This document shows, in pieces, positions 38,315-48,347 of a stretch of 64,000 nt of DNA (the first letter of the stretch is position 1; every line of letters starts with the position of its first letter). Origin of the DNA: Bacteroidota bacterium (GTDB lineage Bacteria; Bacteroidota; Bacteroidia; Flavobacteriales; Flavobacteriaceae); contig CANFJB010000007.1 of assembly GCA_947447375.1 (NCBI GenBank), positions 48,280-112,279 of the forward strand, in the 5' to 3' direction. The translations under genes were made by a program, and so were the position numbers. The notes under the pieces were generated by a model, which worked only from the letters and a program-made list of their open reading frames with translations, did not search any database and was not told where the DNA came from.

Positions 38315-38404
38315 TTAATAAATAGTAAATAAGTTATTGATAAACGAGTTTAAATATGAAGTTAGTTTACTATTTTTATACTGTACATTAAATATTTAGA
38401 ATTA

Positions 38405-39070
38405 ATGAAAATTTTAATTGTTGAAGATGAAGCTGGAATTGTCCAATTTTTAAAACAAGGATTGGAAGAGGAGGGTTACCAAGTTAGCGCTGCATTAGAC
38501 GGTCTAAGCGGTCTTGAACTGTATAAAAAATCAATTTTTGACTTGGTACTACTCGATTGGATGTTGCCAAAAATGAATGGATTAGAACTTTGTAAAGCAA
38601 TCCGATCAAAAGATAATGAAACTCCAATTATATTTTTATCTGCAAAAGATACCATCCAAGAAACGATTGAAGGATTAAAATCAGGAGCTAACGATTATAT
38701 TAAAAAACCATTCAGTTTTGACGAATTATTAGAACGCATTAAAATTCATTTTAGAAACAAAAATCAAAATGAAATTTTAACTCTTGGAAATATTGAAATT
38801 AACAATTCACTTCATCAGGTTACAGTTGATGGAATTATAGCCTCACTGACTCATCGTGAATTTGAATTATTAAGTTACTTGTTTAAAAACAAAGGTAAAG
38901 TATGTACTAGAACTCAGATTATTCAAGATGTTTGGGATATTCATTTTGATTATGATACCGGAGTTATTGATGTATTTATGAACTCCATTCGTAAAAAATT
39001 AAACATAAAAAAGGAAGATGACATTATTAAAACAATTCGTGGAATAGGTTATATTGCTAACGAAATTTAA
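38405..39070 (+). CDS. OmpR/PhoB family response regulator
   Basis: ILIVEDE, LLDWMLPK, GANDYIKKPF, LTHREFELL, IKTIRGIGY. Confidence 0.96.
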   Translation: MKILIVEDEAGIVQFLKQGLEEEGYQVSAALDGLSGLELYKKSIFDLVLLDWMLPKMNGLELCKAIRSKDNETPIIFLSAKDTIQETIEGLKSGANDYIKKPFSFDELLERIKIHFRNKNQNEILTLGNIEINNSLHQVTVDGIIASLTHREFELLSYLFKNKGKVCTRTQIIQDVWDIHFDYDTGVIDVFMNSIRKKLNIKKEDDIIKTIRGIGYIANEI

Positions 39071-39078
39071 TATTGATC

Positions 39079-40458
39079 ATGAATTCATTATCACTTAAAA
39101 ATAGAATTGCATTTCATTATATTATATCAACAGCTTTGTTGGTTTTTGTTGTATTTATAATAATTTACTCAATAGTATCATTTACCGTTTATAAAAATGT
39201 AAATGAAAATATCAATTTCGAAGCAGCTGAATACCAAGAAAAAATCCATTTTGTAAACGATCAACCCAAGTTACTTGATAAAAGTGAATGGATTAAACAA
39301 GAGCACAACGAAGTAGCGGTAAATCCAGTATTTTTAGTTTTATCTGATTCAAAAGGAAAAATAATTGAAAAATCAGAAAATCTTAAGAATGAAAATCTTA
39401 AAATTGAAACCAACTCCAATTCAATTATTACAACAGATGTCTTAATGTCTGGAAAAATGTTACGACAAAAACAAGTTCCATTGTATAGCAATAAAAAGAT
39501 AAAAGGGTATTTGTTAGTAGCAGTTTCTCAACAAGAGGCAATTACAATTTTGAATAATCTGTTTAATATTTTGTCGTTATCCTATCCCATAACACTAATT
39601 CTTCTGTTTTTTGTTGCTAGAATTATCACTGCAAGAAGTATTAAACCAATTTTAAATATTATTGAAACTACTGGAAAAATATCTCAAGAAGATTTAAATT
39701 TCAGGATCGAATTGCCTAAGAAAAAAGATGAATTACAATTGCTTTCGCAAACAATTAATGAATTATTAGATAGAATTCAAAATGCAGTTGAAAGAGAAAA
39801 GCAATTAACTTCTGATGCTTCTCATGAGCTTCGAACCCCTTTAGCTGTTATAAAAGGAACCTTAGAAGTACTAATTCGAAAACCCAGAAATCAAACAGAA
39901 TATTTAGAAAAAATTGATTTTTGCATTAAAGAGGTTGATAGATTGAATAATTTGGTTTCAGAGTTATTATTATTGGCTCGATTTGAAAATCAAAAGCAAA
40001 ACATTCAACGTGAAGATATTTCTTTGAACGCAATAATCTTAGATGAATTATCTCGTTATTCGGATAAAATAAAAAACAAGCAAATTGTTGTAAAACATAA
40101 TTTTACCAAAGATTATATAATAAAATCGGATCAATATTTAATATCTATAATATTTGGTAATTTAATTTCAAATGCGTTGAAATATTCCAATCAAAAAGGT
40201 GAAATTAGTATCAATTTACATAATGAAAATTCATTAGTAATTGTATCTATTATCGATAATGGTATTGGTATAATGAAAGACAATATTAACAAGGTTTTTG
40301 ATCCATTTTTCAGGTCATTTCCCAACAATCATCCTGAAATAAAGGGAACTGGACTTGGATTATCTATAGTTAAAAGGGTTTGCATCTTATTGGATATAAA
40401 TGTTATAATTGAAAGTGAAGAAAATATTGGAACTAAAGTAATTTTAAAAATAAAATAA
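39079..40458 (+). CDS. HAMP-domain sensor histidine kinase
   Basis: Two TMs, HAMP, SDASHELRTPL H-box, NLISNALKY, DNGIG, GTGLGL; ATG at 39079 (TTG 39073 possible). Confidence 0.95.
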   Translation: MNSLSLKNRIAFHYIISTALLVFVVFIIIYSIVSFTVYKNVNENINFEAAEYQEKIHFVNDQPKLLDKSEWIKQEHNEVAVNPVFLVLSDSKGKIIEKSENLKNENLKIETNSNSIITTDVLMSGKMLRQKQVPLYSNKKIKGYLLVAVSQQEAITILNNLFNILSLSYPITLILLFFVARIITARSIKPILNIIETTGKISQEDLNFRIELPKKKDELQLLSQTINELLDRIQNAVEREKQLTSDASHELRTPLAVIKGTLEVLIRKPRNQTEYLEKIDFCIKEVDRLNNLVSELLLLARFENQKQNIQREDISLNAIILDELSRYSDKIKNKQIVVKHNFTKDYIIKSDQYLISIIFGNLISNALKYSNQKGEISINLHNENSLVIVSIIDNGIGIMKDNINKVFDPFFRSFPNNHPEIKGTGLGLSIVKRVCILLDINVIIESEENIGTKVILKIK

Positions 40459-40459
40459 A

Positions 40460-41578
40460 ATGGATATAAACAAACTAAAATCACAATTACAAACTGAGGT
40501 AGACACCGCTTTTCTCTATAACAGTATCGCTTCAATTCAATCAGATGAAAACTTAAGTCGTGTATTGAATAGTTTGGCTGAAATTGAAAATGGGCATGCC
40601 AATCATATGTTGAAAAAAGTTAATGAGCTGGATTCAAGTTTTGAAATGCCACCACCATCATCTAGAGCAAAATTCCAATTGAGAGTTGGAAAATTATTTG
40701 GCTACAGCTCAATAATTAGTAGTTTGTCAAGTATCGAAAAACAATTTGCAGTTAATGCAATAAAAAATAAAATTGAAAGTGGTGAAAAACTCAGTGGTTT
40801 TGAGCACAATCATTTGAATATTATTGAAGCAGTAAATAATAACAAAGCCCTAAATGTTTCGGGAGGTTTGTTATCAAAGTTTGAAAGCCGACATAAATCG
40901 GTGGGTGGAAACGCACTTCGAGCAGCAGTTTTAGGATCTAATGACGGATTGGTTTCTAATATGAGTTTGGTGATGGGTGTTGCAGGTGCCGCTGTTTCGA
41001 ACAATACCATTTTATTAACTGGAATTGCTGGTTTAATGGCAGGATCAATTTCAATGGCATTAGGTGAATGGTTGTCGGTTCAAAGTTCCAGGGAATTGAA
41101 CCAACGACAAATTGACTTAGAAATGGAAGAATTAGAAGCATCGCCGGAAGAAGAAAAAAAGGAATTGGTGTTGCTTTATCAAGCAAAAGGAATGAGTATT
41201 GAAGAAGCTAGAAAATTAGCCGATAAAGCATTTGAATCACAAGAAACTGCAATAGATGCAATCATCAAAGAGGAATTGGGAATCGATAAAGAAGACCTAG
41301 GAGGTTCAGCATGGGAAGCGGCAATTGCCTCTTTCTTATTATTTTCAATCGGTGCAATTATTCCACTTTACCCATTTATGATATTAGATGGACAAAACGC
41401 AATTATTTTAAGTATTATTAGCAGTATTATTGGATTATTTGGAATTGGAGCGGCAATTACTTTATTGACAGGCAAAAGCATTTTATTCTCTGGCTTTAGA
41501 CAAGTAGCATTTGGATTAGCAGCTGCAGCAGTTACCTACGCAATTGGAACCTTAATAGGAATTTCATTAGCAGGCTAA
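40460..41578 (+). CDS. Ferritin/rubrerythrin-like domain fused to a VIT1/CCC1 transporter (MbfA-like architecture)
   Basis: N-terminal E..D / AEIENGH / FEHNH di-iron-type motifs; C-terminal LRAAVLGSNDGLVS, SMALGEWLS VIT1 motifs. Confidence 0.85.
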   Translation: MDINKLKSQLQTEVDTAFLYNSIASIQSDENLSRVLNSLAEIENGHANHMLKKVNELDSSFEMPPPSSRAKFQLRVGKLFGYSSIISSLSSIEKQFAVNAIKNKIESGEKLSGFEHNHLNIIEAVNNNKALNVSGGLLSKFESRHKSVGGNALRAAVLGSNDGLVSNMSLVMGVAGAAVSNNTILLTGIAGLMAGSISMALGEWLSVQSSRELNQRQIDLEMEELEASPEEEKKELVLLYQAKGMSIEEARKLADKAFESQETAIDAIIKEELGIDKEDLGGSAWEAAIASFLLFSIGAIIPLYPFMILDGQNAIILSIISSIIGLFGIGAAITLLTGKSILFSGFRQVAFGLAAAAVTYAIGTLIGISLAG

Positions 41579-41658
41579 AAATCAAATAATTATATAAATA
41601 ATCAAAATTAAATACAAACAATCAAAGCTATATTTACAAATAATAAAACAAAATAATT

Positions 41659-42159
41659 ATGAACGACGCACACTTACATTTATTAGTAAATCATTTTCCA
41701 ATTATAGGAACAATTTTCGGTTTGGGAATATTGACAACAGGAATGCTATTAAAGAACAATTCTGTAAAAAACACTGCCTATATTTTATTTACAGTAGCTG
41801 CAATATTTTCAGCCTTCAGCATGGGAACAGGAGAGGGGGCAGAAGAATTAGTTGAAGGACTACCTTCTGTTGGAAAACAAATAATTCACGAACACGAAGA
41901 AATTGCTGAAAAATTTGCAATCATCATGTATGTAACCGGATTTTTAGGTTTACTTTCACTATACACTTCAATTAAGAATCATAAGTTAGCTAAAACTTTT
42001 TCATTTATTACATTAGCTTTGGCGTTACTGGCAGCTGTTTTTGCGAAAAGTGTTGGAACAACTGGTGGTGAAATTCGTCATGCAGAAATTAGAGCCAATT
42101 CTACTACAAATGCGAATGAAACCGCTCCTGGTTTGCAAAATGATAAAGACGAAGATTAA
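41659..42159 (+). CDS. DUF2231-like membrane protein
   Basis: HLHLLVNHFPI, TGE.AEE, HEHEE.A, GGEIRH; 4 TMs with conserved His. Confidence 0.65.
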   Translation: MNDAHLHLLVNHFPIIGTIFGLGILTTGMLLKNNSVKNTAYILFTVAAIFSAFSMGTGEGAEELVEGLPSVGKQIIHEHEEIAEKFAIIMYVTGFLGLLSLYTSIKNHKLAKTFSFITLALALLAAVFAKSVGTTGGEIRHAEIRANSTTNANETAPGLQNDKDED

Positions 42160-42160
42160 A

Positions 42161-42565
42161 TTAGAAATTTCCAAGTTCATCCAATAATTGGACTTGGGAT
42201 TTTAATCTTTCAATTAGCATTGTAATTATTCTTTTATTCAATGCAGATGTATTTTTTGAGTACAATTTATATTCCGCAATTTGCAATAATCCAATTGCTG
42301 TGCCGATAAGTAAATTTCTAAACTTATTATCGTTAAGTATTGAAATTTCTATGTAATCTAACTTTTTTTCTACCGTAAATTGGCTAAATTGAGCTTTATT
42401 TTTTACAATGTAATTTTTAAATTGCTCAATGAACAATTCATTTTGTAATTTCAAAATTGGTCGTAAAATTTGATTTTGAAATAACTCTTCTTCAGAAGTC
42501 TGAGAATTAATTTCTCCTAAAGTTTCACCTCGTAAAGTAGATATAAAATGGTCTCTATTGTTCAT
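42161..42565 (-). CDS. Conserved hypothetical protein
   Basis: Helical ORF with FQN.ILRPILKLQN and LNKRI..MLIERL; no catalytic motif recognised. Confidence 0.65.
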   Translation of the reverse strand: MNNRDHFISTLRGETLGEINSQTSEEELFQNQILRPILKLQNELFIEQFKNYIVKNKAQFSQFTVEKKLDYIEISILNDNKFRNLLIGTAIGLLQIAEYKLYSKNTSALNKRIITMLIERLKSQVQLLDELGNF

Positions 42566-42656
42566 GATTTATATTAATTTAACAGCAATCTAATTTATGA
42601 AATCTAAGTTTATTATCATGTAAATTTATGTTGTATTTTTGTAAAAAATAAATGCA

Positions 42657-43043
42657 ATGAGATTTCACACACGTAAATGGGTAAAACCAGAAGATTTAAA
42701 TCCTAACGGAACTTTATTTGGAGGTAAATTATTAGCTTGGATTGATGAAGAATTAGCTCTTTATTCAATTATCCAATTAGAAAATAGCCGTGTTGTTACC
42801 AAATACATGTCGGAAATCAATTTCAGAAGTTCTGCCAAACAAGGTGATATTATAGAAATAGGAATTGATGTTGTAAAGTTTGGAAACTCCTCATTAACAC
42901 TAAAATGTGAGGCCAGAAACATGATGACTAGGGAGACAATTATCACTATAGATTCAACTACAATGGTGAGTTTAGGAGATGATGGAAAACCAAAACCACA
43001 CGGGAAAACTCAAATCGAGTATGTAGCTGATCGTTTGAAATAA
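42657..43043 (+). CDS. Acyl-CoA thioesterase (HotDog fold, YciA-like)
   Basis: DLNPNGTLFGGKLLAWIDE; TATTTTTG -7 box at 42634-42641. Confidence 0.9.
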   Translation: MRFHTRKWVKPEDLNPNGTLFGGKLLAWIDEELALYSIIQLENSRVVTKYMSEINFRSSAKQGDIIEIGIDVVKFGNSSLTLKCEARNMMTRETIITIDSTTMVSLGDDGKPKPHGKTQIEYVADRLK

Positions 43044-43045
43044 TA

Positions 43046-44302
43046 CTATTTATTTACATCAATTGTATTGGTCATTTCATAAATTTCTAAATCAAAATAC
43101 TTGATTGAAGCGAATATATGGTCAAAAATATCTGCCATTATGTATTCGTAATTCTCAAACTTTTTATCATTTGAAAAAGCATAAATTTCTAATGGAATTC
43201 CATTTTGTGTTGGCTGTAATTGTCGGCACAGCAAAATCATATCTTTATTAAGTCCCGGATGATTGTGTAAATATTGAGTAATATATTTTCTAAACAAGCC
43301 GAAATTGGTCATATTCCTACCATTAATAGCAATAGTTTTATCAACATTATGATTCGAATTATACTTTGTAATTTCATCTTGACGGTGCTGAATATAGGAC
43401 GTTAGCAATTGGATTCTCTTTAAGTTTTCAATTTCTTGATCTTTCATGAATCGGATGCTGCTGGCTTTAATAAGTACGTATCTCTTAATTCTTCTGCCGT
43501 CAGAATCCAACATTCCACGCCAATTTCTGAAAGAATCTGAAATCATACTATAAGTTGGAATTGTAGTGGTTGTATTGTCAAAATTTCTAACTTTTACAGT
43601 TGCTAAATTGATTTCTGTGACATCTCCATCGGCTCCAAATTTATCGAAAGTAATCCAGTCGCCAATTCGAACCATATCATTTAACGAAACCTGAACACTC
43701 GCAACAAAACCAAGAATTGTATCTCTAAAAATCAAAATTATTACAGCTGAAACAGTACCTAATATCGCTAAAAGATTTTTTGTGTCGATGTCAAAAATTT
43801 CAGAAACAATGATGATAATTCCAAAAATCCAAAGCACAATCATAATTACCTGAATGTAACTGTCTATTGGTTTGTCACTAAATTTAGGGTCTTGTTTTAA
43901 ATAATCTCTTATAGCATTAAAAATCGTTCTAATGATCCAAAGTACTAGAAGCACAATATAAACTCCTACAAGTTTTCCAAAAACCGATTCCCAGTAAACG
44001 AAGTCGTTTAGAATAATTGGTACCGATTTATAAATAAATAATAGTGGAATTAAATGCGCAATATATTTTGCAGTTTTGTTTGATACTAATAAATCATCAA
44101 ATTTTGTTTTGGTTTTTTTGGCAATAAATATCATGGCAGTTACCAAAATGATTCTAAAAACAATATAGATAGAATAGGCTAAAACACATAATAATGCTGT
44201 ATTTATTACAATACTAATATAGGAAGCTAAGGAAGAATTTAGACCTATTTTAAGTAGTAAGGTATTGCACCATCCGAATATTGATTCTATTATTTTAATC
44301 AT
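43046..44302 (-). CDS. MscS-family mechanosensitive channel (YbdG-like)
   Basis: FRDTILGFVAS, VRIGDWI, GDV.EINLATVKVRNFD, SFRNWRGM, GRRIKR. Confidence 0.92.
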   Translation of the reverse strand: MIKIIESIFGWCNTLLLKIGLNSSLASYISIVINTALLCVLAYSIYIVFRIILVTAMIFIAKKTKTKFDDLLVSNKTAKYIAHLIPLLFIYKSVPIILNDFVYWESVFGKLVGVYIVLLVLWIIRTIFNAIRDYLKQDPKFSDKPIDSYIQVIMIVLWIFGIIIIVSEIFDIDTKNLLAILGTVSAVIILIFRDTILGFVASVQVSLNDMVRIGDWITFDKFGADGDVTEINLATVKVRNFDNTTTTIPTYSMISDSFRNWRGMLDSDGRRIKRYVLIKASSIRFMKDQEIENLKRIQLLTSYIQHRQDEITKYNSNHNVDKTIAINGRNMTNFGLFRKYITQYLHNHPGLNKDMILLCRQLQPTQNGIPLEIYAFSNDKKFENYEYIMADIFDHIFASIKYFDLEIYEMTNTIDVNK

Positions 44303-44579
44303 TTTTTACATATTTTCGTTCAACAAAAAAAGTTGCAAATGGTAGGAGGGAAGCCAATAATACAATTCCTAATTTAATAATATCCCATTTTTGAGATTTT
44401 GTTATTACAAATGCTAAAACTATATATCCAATAAAAAGTAAACCATGTGACATCCCTATCGGATACAATAATTGATGATACAAATCAGGATTATTTGGTT
44501 TAACTAATAACATATTGGTAAATAATGCCAGATATGAAATTCCCTCTAAAATTGCGACAGTTTTAAAAATTTTGACCAT
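44295..44579 (-). CDS. DUF3817-like small membrane protein
   Basis: FKTVAILEGISYL, GMSHGLLFIGY, ASLLPFATFFVE. Confidence 0.8.
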   Translation of the reverse strand: MVKIFKTVAILEGISYLALFTNMLLVKPNNPDLYHQLLYPIGMSHGLLFIGYIVLAFVITKSQKWDIIKLGIVLLASLLPFATFFVERKYVKND

Positions 44580-44677
44580 TTTATTTTATTATAATAATTA
44601 CAAATTTAATTAATATCACGCATTAATTTACATAGATTGAAAAAGTAATTTACATTTGTGACAACATATATTTCAAA

Positions 44678-45193
44678 ATGAGTAAACGAGATTTAAAGAA
44701 ATACCTTAACGAACTCAATAAAGAGCAATTGGAGGAACAAATTATCAATTTATATGATAAATTTCCAGCTGTTAAAACCTATTACGATTTTGTTTTTAAA
44801 CCAAATGAAAGACAATTGTTACAGGATTTCAAATTGAAAGTTTCCAATGAGTATTTTCCTGTGAAAAGCAAAAAAGCAAAAGCCAGAAGATCGGTAGCTC
44901 AAAAAATGATTAAACACTTTATTTCACTTGGTGTAGATCCTTTTGTAATTGTTGATGCAATGTTATATTCGATTGAAATTGCTCAAACTTATTCTTCAGA
45001 GAAAATTATTAAACAAGAATTATTTTTCAAAAGTATGCTAAATTCCTTTGAACAAGCAATCAGTTTTATGATTGAAAATGGAATTTTATATGATTTTAAA
45101 AATAGGGTGGAAGCGATAAGAGCGGAAGCCGAAAATCAAGAATGGTTCAATGTATTTGAATTTAATTCGATTATTGAAAAATTCGATTATTAA
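44678..45193 (+). CDS. Conserved hypothetical protein (DUF6155-like)
   Basis: MSKRDLKKYL.EL.KEQLEEQI..LY pattern; TACATTTG -7 box at 44651-44658. Confidence 0.65.
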   Translation: MSKRDLKKYLNELNKEQLEEQIINLYDKFPAVKTYYDFVFKPNERQLLQDFKLKVSNEYFPVKSKKAKARRSVAQKMIKHFISLGVDPFVIVDAMLYSIEIAQTYSSEKIIKQELFFKSMLNSFEQAISFMIENGILYDFKNRVEAIRAEAENQEWFNVFEFNSIIEKFDY

Positions 45194-45271
45194 AAAAAGT
45201 TAAAATATAACTTCAATATGCTCAAATAACCCTTTTTTAAACGTATTTTTGCAAAAATTACAACTTTAAAA

Positions 45272-46801
45272 ATGCCGCACAAAGAGTTAGATACTGAAAT
45301 TGAAGATAAAAAAGAACTTTATGGTTATCAGCAATCTGATATTGACGTCATTTTTGAACGTTTAGATAACGCCCCCAGCAATCATCATTTGTTGTACCAA
45401 TTACCAACAGGAGGAGGGAAGACGGTAATTTTTTCTGAAATTGTTAGACAGTATATTGCTAAACACGATAAGAAAGTTGTGGTATTAACACACCGAATTG
45501 AATTGTGTAAGCAAACCTCAAAAATGCTGAAAGGTTTTGATGTTAAAAACAAAATAATCAACAGTAATATCAAGGAATTACCTGATCAAAATGATTATTC
45601 TTGTTTTGTGGCAATGGTTGAAACCCTGAAAAACCGAATTAATGATGAAAAGTTGCATTTGGATAATATTGGTTTGGTTATTATTGATGAAGCCCATTAC
45701 AACTCGTTTCGAAAATTACTAAGTTCTTTTAAAAACTCCTTTATTCTTGGGGTAACAGCAACTCCTTTAAGTTCGAATGTTAAATTACCAATGAATGAAA
45801 ATTACGACGAATTGATTGTTGGTGATACAATTGCTTCTTTGATAGACAAAGGATTTTTAGCAAAAGCGATTACTTATAGTTATGATGTGGGTTTAACCTC
45901 ATTGAAAGTTGGAATTAATGGTGACTATACCGTAAAATCATCCGATGATTTGTATTCTAATATGGTAATGCAAGAGAAATTATTGCACGCTTATACTGAG
46001 AAATCATTAGGAAAAAAGACACTTATTTTTAATAATGGAATAAATACTTCGTTATTTGTATATGAAACTTTTAGAGAAGCTGGATTTGAAATTCGTCATT
46101 TAGATAATACATGTAGTACTGAAGAACGAAAAGAAATATTGAGTTGGTTTAAGAAAAAACCGGATGCAATTTTAACCTCTGTTGGAATTTTAACTACCGG
46201 ATTTGACGAACCTACAGTGGAAACTATAATACTGAATAGAGCTACAAAATCATTGACTTTGTATTACCAAATGATAGGTCGTGGTTCAAGAAAATTACCT
46301 AATAAAGAAACGTTTACTGTTATTGATTTAGGTAATAATGCCGCTAGATTCGGACTTTGGAGCGAACCAATTGATTGGCAACATATTTTCAGATCGCCTG
46401 AATATTACCTTGAGAATCTTCGTGATGACATTGAAATTGAAAGGTATTTCAAGTACCAAATGCCACCTGAATTAAGACTGAAGTTTAAAAACTCTCCAGA
46501 AGTAACCTTTGATATTGTTGAAGAGCATAAGAAAATTATTGCTGCTAATTTACGTTCAAAAATCGTTTTAGAACGTTCACTAGAACAACACGCTTTAATG
46601 TGTGTGGATAATTCAGAGGATTTGCGAGAAGCTAAAATACTTGCTCGTGAACTTCATGACGATATTGAATGTAGAATGAAAAGATACGCTTCTTGTTTGA
46701 GCCATTGTTCAAAAAATTATCGTGAATGGTTAGTTGAAGATTATAAAGTTAAATTAAACCTTCTAATTGGTAAGAAAATCCGAGAATCATTATTCGATTA
46801 A
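45272..46801 (+). CDS. SF2 DEAH helicase (Res III/RadD-like)
   Basis: LPTGGGKT, IIDEAH, GVTATP, ILTTGFDEP, QMIGRGSR; TATTTTTG -7 box at 45244-45251. Confidence 0.9.
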   Translation: MPHKELDTEIEDKKELYGYQQSDIDVIFERLDNAPSNHHLLYQLPTGGGKTVIFSEIVRQYIAKHDKKVVVLTHRIELCKQTSKMLKGFDVKNKIINSNIKELPDQNDYSCFVAMVETLKNRINDEKLHLDNIGLVIIDEAHYNSFRKLLSSFKNSFILGVTATPLSSNVKLPMNENYDELIVGDTIASLIDKGFLAKAITYSYDVGLTSLKVGINGDYTVKSSDDLYSNMVMQEKLLHAYTEKSLGKKTLIFNNGINTSLFVYETFREAGFEIRHLDNTCSTEERKEILSWFKKKPDAILTSVGILTTGFDEPTVETIILNRATKSLTLYYQMIGRGSRKLPNKETFTVIDLGNNAARFGLWSEPIDWQHIFRSPEYYLENLRDDIEIERYFKYQMPPELRLKFKNSPEVTFDIVEEHKKIIAANLRSKIVLERSLEQHALMCVDNSEDLREAKILARELHDDIECRMKRYASCLSHCSKNYREWLVEDYKVKLNLLIGKKIRESLFD

Positions 46802-46873
46802 ATATATAATTTTATTATTTATATAAATAATTATAATATATTGATTTTTAATATTTTAAATAATTAAATAATT

Positions 46874-48169
46874 ATGTCAAAACAGTTTGCAGATCTTGGA
46901 ATTTCAAAAGAAATAGTAAAAGCTCTTACCGATATTAATATTGAAAATCCAACCGAAATTCAATCGAAAGCAATTCCAATAATTCTTAATGAAACACATG
47001 ATTTTGTAGGTTTGGCTAAAACAGGGACAGGGAAGACGGCCGCTTTTGGATTGCCATTACTACAATTATTAGATTTAAAATCAAATGCCATTCAAGTGGT
47101 GATTTTAGTCCCAACACGTGAATTAGGCCAACAAATACTTAGTAATTTCAAACAATTTTCAAAATATTTACCAGAAATCACTATTACATCCGTTTGTGGC
47201 GGAACTCCCATAAAACCTCAAATAGAGCAATTAAAAGACGTAAATCACATTGTAATTGCAACTCCAGGTAGATTAATTGATTTGATTCAAAGAAAAGCGA
47301 TCAATATCAAGGAAACCAACTATTTAGTTCTTGATGAAGCTGATGAAATGGTTACAGTTTTGAAAGAAGGTCTAGACGAAATTGTATCGGAATTGCCTAA
47401 AAAAAGAAGAACTTTGTTGTTTTCAGCAACAATGCCAGGGCCAATCAAGCAGCTGATTCAGAATTACATGTCCAAACAAGTAACTCAAGTTAGCGCCAAT
47501 ATGGAAACTATTGGTAATCAAGGAATAGAACATCAATATATAGTTGTAGAACCTATAGAAAAATTAGATATTCTAATGCATTTTCTTAATTCAAAAGAAG
47601 GTGAACGTGGTATTATTTTTTGTAAAACAAAAGCTGCAGTCAATAAACTTGCCAAAAACCTTGCTATCAATAGATTTTCATCTGGAGCAATTCATGGTAG
47701 TTTAACACAACCAATACGCGATAGAATCATGGGACAATTTCGTGAAGGTCACATTAATATATTGGTAGCTACAGACTTAGCAGCGCGTGGAATTGACGTT
47801 CAGGAAATTAGTTATGTAGTTAATTATCATTTACCGGATACATTTGAAACCTATGTCCACAGAAGCGGAAGAACTGCTAGAGCTGGCGCAAAAGGATTGT
47901 CTTTAACCGTTATTCAAAATGAAGAAGTTAGCGAGATTCCGTTATTTGAAAAAGAATTGGGAATTAAATTCAATTTAATGAACAAGCCAAATGCAAATAG
48001 TATTGAAGAAAACAATACATTGTTATGGGCAAAACAGATTTTTAAAACCAAACCAAACCACGAATTAGATCCTGAGTTTAAGAATAAAATTAAAACTGTT
48101 TTCCATCATTTGACTAAAGAGGAATTGATTGAAAAGTTATTGGCTAATTATTTACTTCAAAATAAATAA
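46874..48169 (+). CDS. DEAD-box RNA helicase
   Basis: Q motif PTEIQ, AKTGTGKT, PTREL, TPGR, DEAD, SAT, TDLAARGID, HRSGRTAR. Confidence 0.96.
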   Translation: MSKQFADLGISKEIVKALTDINIENPTEIQSKAIPIILNETHDFVGLAKTGTGKTAAFGLPLLQLLDLKSNAIQVVILVPTRELGQQILSNFKQFSKYLPEITITSVCGGTPIKPQIEQLKDVNHIVIATPGRLIDLIQRKAINIKETNYLVLDEADEMVTVLKEGLDEIVSELPKKRRTLLFSATMPGPIKQLIQNYMSKQVTQVSANMETIGNQGIEHQYIVVEPIEKLDILMHFLNSKEGERGIIFCKTKAAVNKLAKNLAINRFSSGAIHGSLTQPIRDRIMGQFREGHINILVATDLAARGIDVQEISYVVNYHLPDTFETYVHRSGRTARAGAKGLSLTVIQNEEVSEIPLFEKELGIKFNLMNKPNANSIEENNTLLWAKQIFKTKPNHELDPEFKNKIKTVFHHLTKEELIEKLLANYLLQNK

Positions 48170-48347
48170 TCACCTAATAACAACTAAAATACTCGTAAAT
48201 ACAAGACTTTCCACTATTTATTGCATATTACATTTTACACTATAATTTATATTATGTAAAATAGTATATTTAATAAATACCACTACTATTGTGTGATATA
48301 ATAATTAAGTTTAAATTTACACATCTATTTAATATTCCAATTCAATA

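Noticed and set aside
42161-42565. Glyoxalase annotation often given to this family
   Set aside because: No VOC/glyoxalase metal-binding motifs are visible; the sequence looks all-helical
44678-48169. Tandem helicases as a restriction or anti-phage system
   Set aside because: No methyltransferase, nuclease or other defence domain; one is a canonical DEAD-box RNA helicase and both look like core genes
48232-48262. Inverted repeat ATTTTACA-N15-TGTAAAAT upstream of the DUF294 gene
   Set aside because: An 8-bp arm in near-pure AT sequence is expected by chance; no supporting second site
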